NCBI GenBank assembly: GCA_022840825.1 | Contig: JALHDB010000001.1 | Coordinates: forward strand, 134,669-198,668 | DNA: 64,000 nucleotides | Source: Negativicutes bacterium | GTDB lineage: Bacteria; Bacillota; Negativicutes; JALHDB01 | Reading direction: 5' to 3' | Shown here: positions 63,023 to 64,000 of the stretch, one piece after another | How positions within the stretch are numbered: the first letter of the stretch is position 1 | Layout: every line of letters begins with the position of its first letter | Position numbers and translations under genes: made by a program | The notes under the pieces: model-generated | Databases searched by the model: none | What the model saw: the letters and a program-made list of their open reading frames with translations, nothing else | Told to the model about the DNA's origin: nothing

Positions 63023-64000
63023 ATTGCCATATAATAATGCAAGCACTGGAAGAAATAGCTCCATTTCGTTTTGCAGCTGACTGGGATAATGTTGGTCTGA
63101 TGGTTGGCAGTTCTTCTAAGCAAGTAAACCGAGCTTTAGTTTCCTTGGATATCACGGAACAAACTGTTGGTAGGGCTATACAGCAACAGTGTGATTTAAT
63201 TATCGCCCATCATCCGCTGATTTTTCCAAACCTGACATCAGTAAATACTGATACTGCTTCGGGAAGGATAATTAAAAAGCTGATTCAGGCCGATATTACA
63301 GCTTATGCACTACATACGAATTTAGATGCAGCTATTGGCGGCGTAAATGATGCGTTGGCAAATCAATTAGAATTGCGGAATGTTAGTGTTTTATCTAAGC
63401 AGTCTGCCGGACATTTATTAAAGTTAGCTGTTTTTGTTCCGACTTCTTACGTTGAAAATGTGCGTCAAGCTATTACGGCGGCTGGAGCCGGACACATTGG
63501 TAATTATAGTCACTGTACATTTAAGGTGGATGGTACGGGAACGTTTTTGCCGTTGGAAGGGTCCAATCCGTTTATTGGTAATCCAGGACATTTGGAGTAT
63601 TGTAATGAGTGCAGGTTGGAGACTATTTTACCGGAATCTATTAAAGACAAAGTACTTGCAGCTATGTTAGCAGCTCATCCTTATGAAGAAGTAGCTTATG
63701 ATCTAGTGCCGTTACTCAATAGTGGGACCCCAATTGGGTTGGGCAGAATTGGTAATTTGCCGCAGGTAATGAGTAGCACTGAATTTTCCCGCTATGTTAA
63801 AGACAAGCTTAAAGTTGATTGTGTTAAGATTGCCGGTCAAGCGAACAATATTCAGCGGGTAGCTGTATGCGGAGGGAGTGGAGCCAGCCTGATACCTCAA
63901 GCTGCAGCTTTAGGCGCAGATGTATTTGTTACCGGGGAAATTAGCTATCATCAAGCGCAGCAGGCCTTAGATCTTAAACTATGCGTTGTTGATGCCGGAC
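63013..64000 (+). CDS. Nif3-family dinuclear metal-centre protein (YqfO/GTP cyclohydrolase 1 type 2 homologue). 3' end lies beyond the window.
   Basis: The frame is open from ATG 63013 to the window end. It overlaps the trmK stop by 10 nt. The N-terminus reads APFRFAADWDNVGLMVG, and the central PII-like insert is present. Confidence 0.85.
   Translation, partial: MSVNCHIIMQALEEIAPFRFAADWDNVGLMVGSSSKQVNRALVSLDITEQTVGRAIQQQCDLIIAHHPLIFPNLTSVNTDTASGRIIKKLIQADITAYALHTNLDAAIGGVNDALANQLELRNVSVLSKQSAGHLLKLAVFVPTSYVENVRQAITAAGAGHIGNYSHCTFKVDGTGTFLPLEGSNPFIGNPGHLEYCNECRLETILPESIKDKVLAAMLAAHPYEEVAYDLVPLLNSGTPIGLGRIGNLPQVMSSTEFSRYVKDKLKVDCVKIAGQANNIQRVAVCGGSGASLIPQAAALGADVFVTGEISYHQAQQALDLKLCVVDAG

Noticed and set aside
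1-64000. Search for CRISPR arrays, IS elements, integrases or phage genes
   Set aside because: No direct-repeat/spacer arrays, transposase-like ORFs, recombinases or long inverted terminal repeats are visible. The window is core chromosome with a few single-gene insertions.

Overview
This is a 64-kb chromosomal segment from a low-GC (about 40-42%) endospore-forming Firmicute. It is almost entirely core and housekeeping genes on the + strand. Its gene order is colinear with the Bacillus subtilis yqe-yqf region: leuS, comEA-comEC, holA, rpsT(-), gpr, spoIIP, lepA, hemW, hrcA-[chaperonin]-grpE-dnaK-dnaJ, prmA, rsmE, mtaB, hit, rpsU-yqeY, nfeD-floA-yqfB, yqfC-yqfD, phoH, pgpH(yqfF), ybeY, dgkA, cdd, era, a CorC-like gene, recO, glyQ-glyS, ppsA, ccpN-yqfL, dgt-like, dnaG-sigA, tRNA-Asn/tRNA-Met, trmK and nif3. 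The 5' end carries a short-chain acyl-CoA module (CoA-transferase, thiolase, acyl-CoA dehydrogenase, crotonase, SDR) followed by a CBS-PAS sigma-54 activator and a 4-oxalocrotonate tautomerase. RNA features I can read directly are a type-B RNase P RNA, two T-box leaders (Leu and Gly), a perfect CIRCE operator, and two tRNAs. Lineage-specific insertions relative to Bacillus stand out. They include an archaeal-type (group II) chaperonin inside the HrcA/CIRCE dnaK operon. A standalone HerA/FtsK-like (DUF87) ATPase with its own terminator-bounded transcription unit is wedged between floA-yqfB and the sporulation genes yqfCD. A DUF4342-like gene plus a DcuC transporter, PEP synthase next to ccpN-yqfL with a shared candidate operator motif, and an OstA/LptA-like secreted protein are also inserted. 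Other oddities include two uncharacterised minus-strand small proteins with an 18-bp perfect palindrome between rnpB and leuS, an rpsU gene missed by the ORF track because it is under 60 aa, and a triple stem-loop intergenic element in the acyl-CoA operon. I found no CRISPR array, mobile element or obvious defence island. The lone HerA-like ATPase is the best candidate for an undescribed system.
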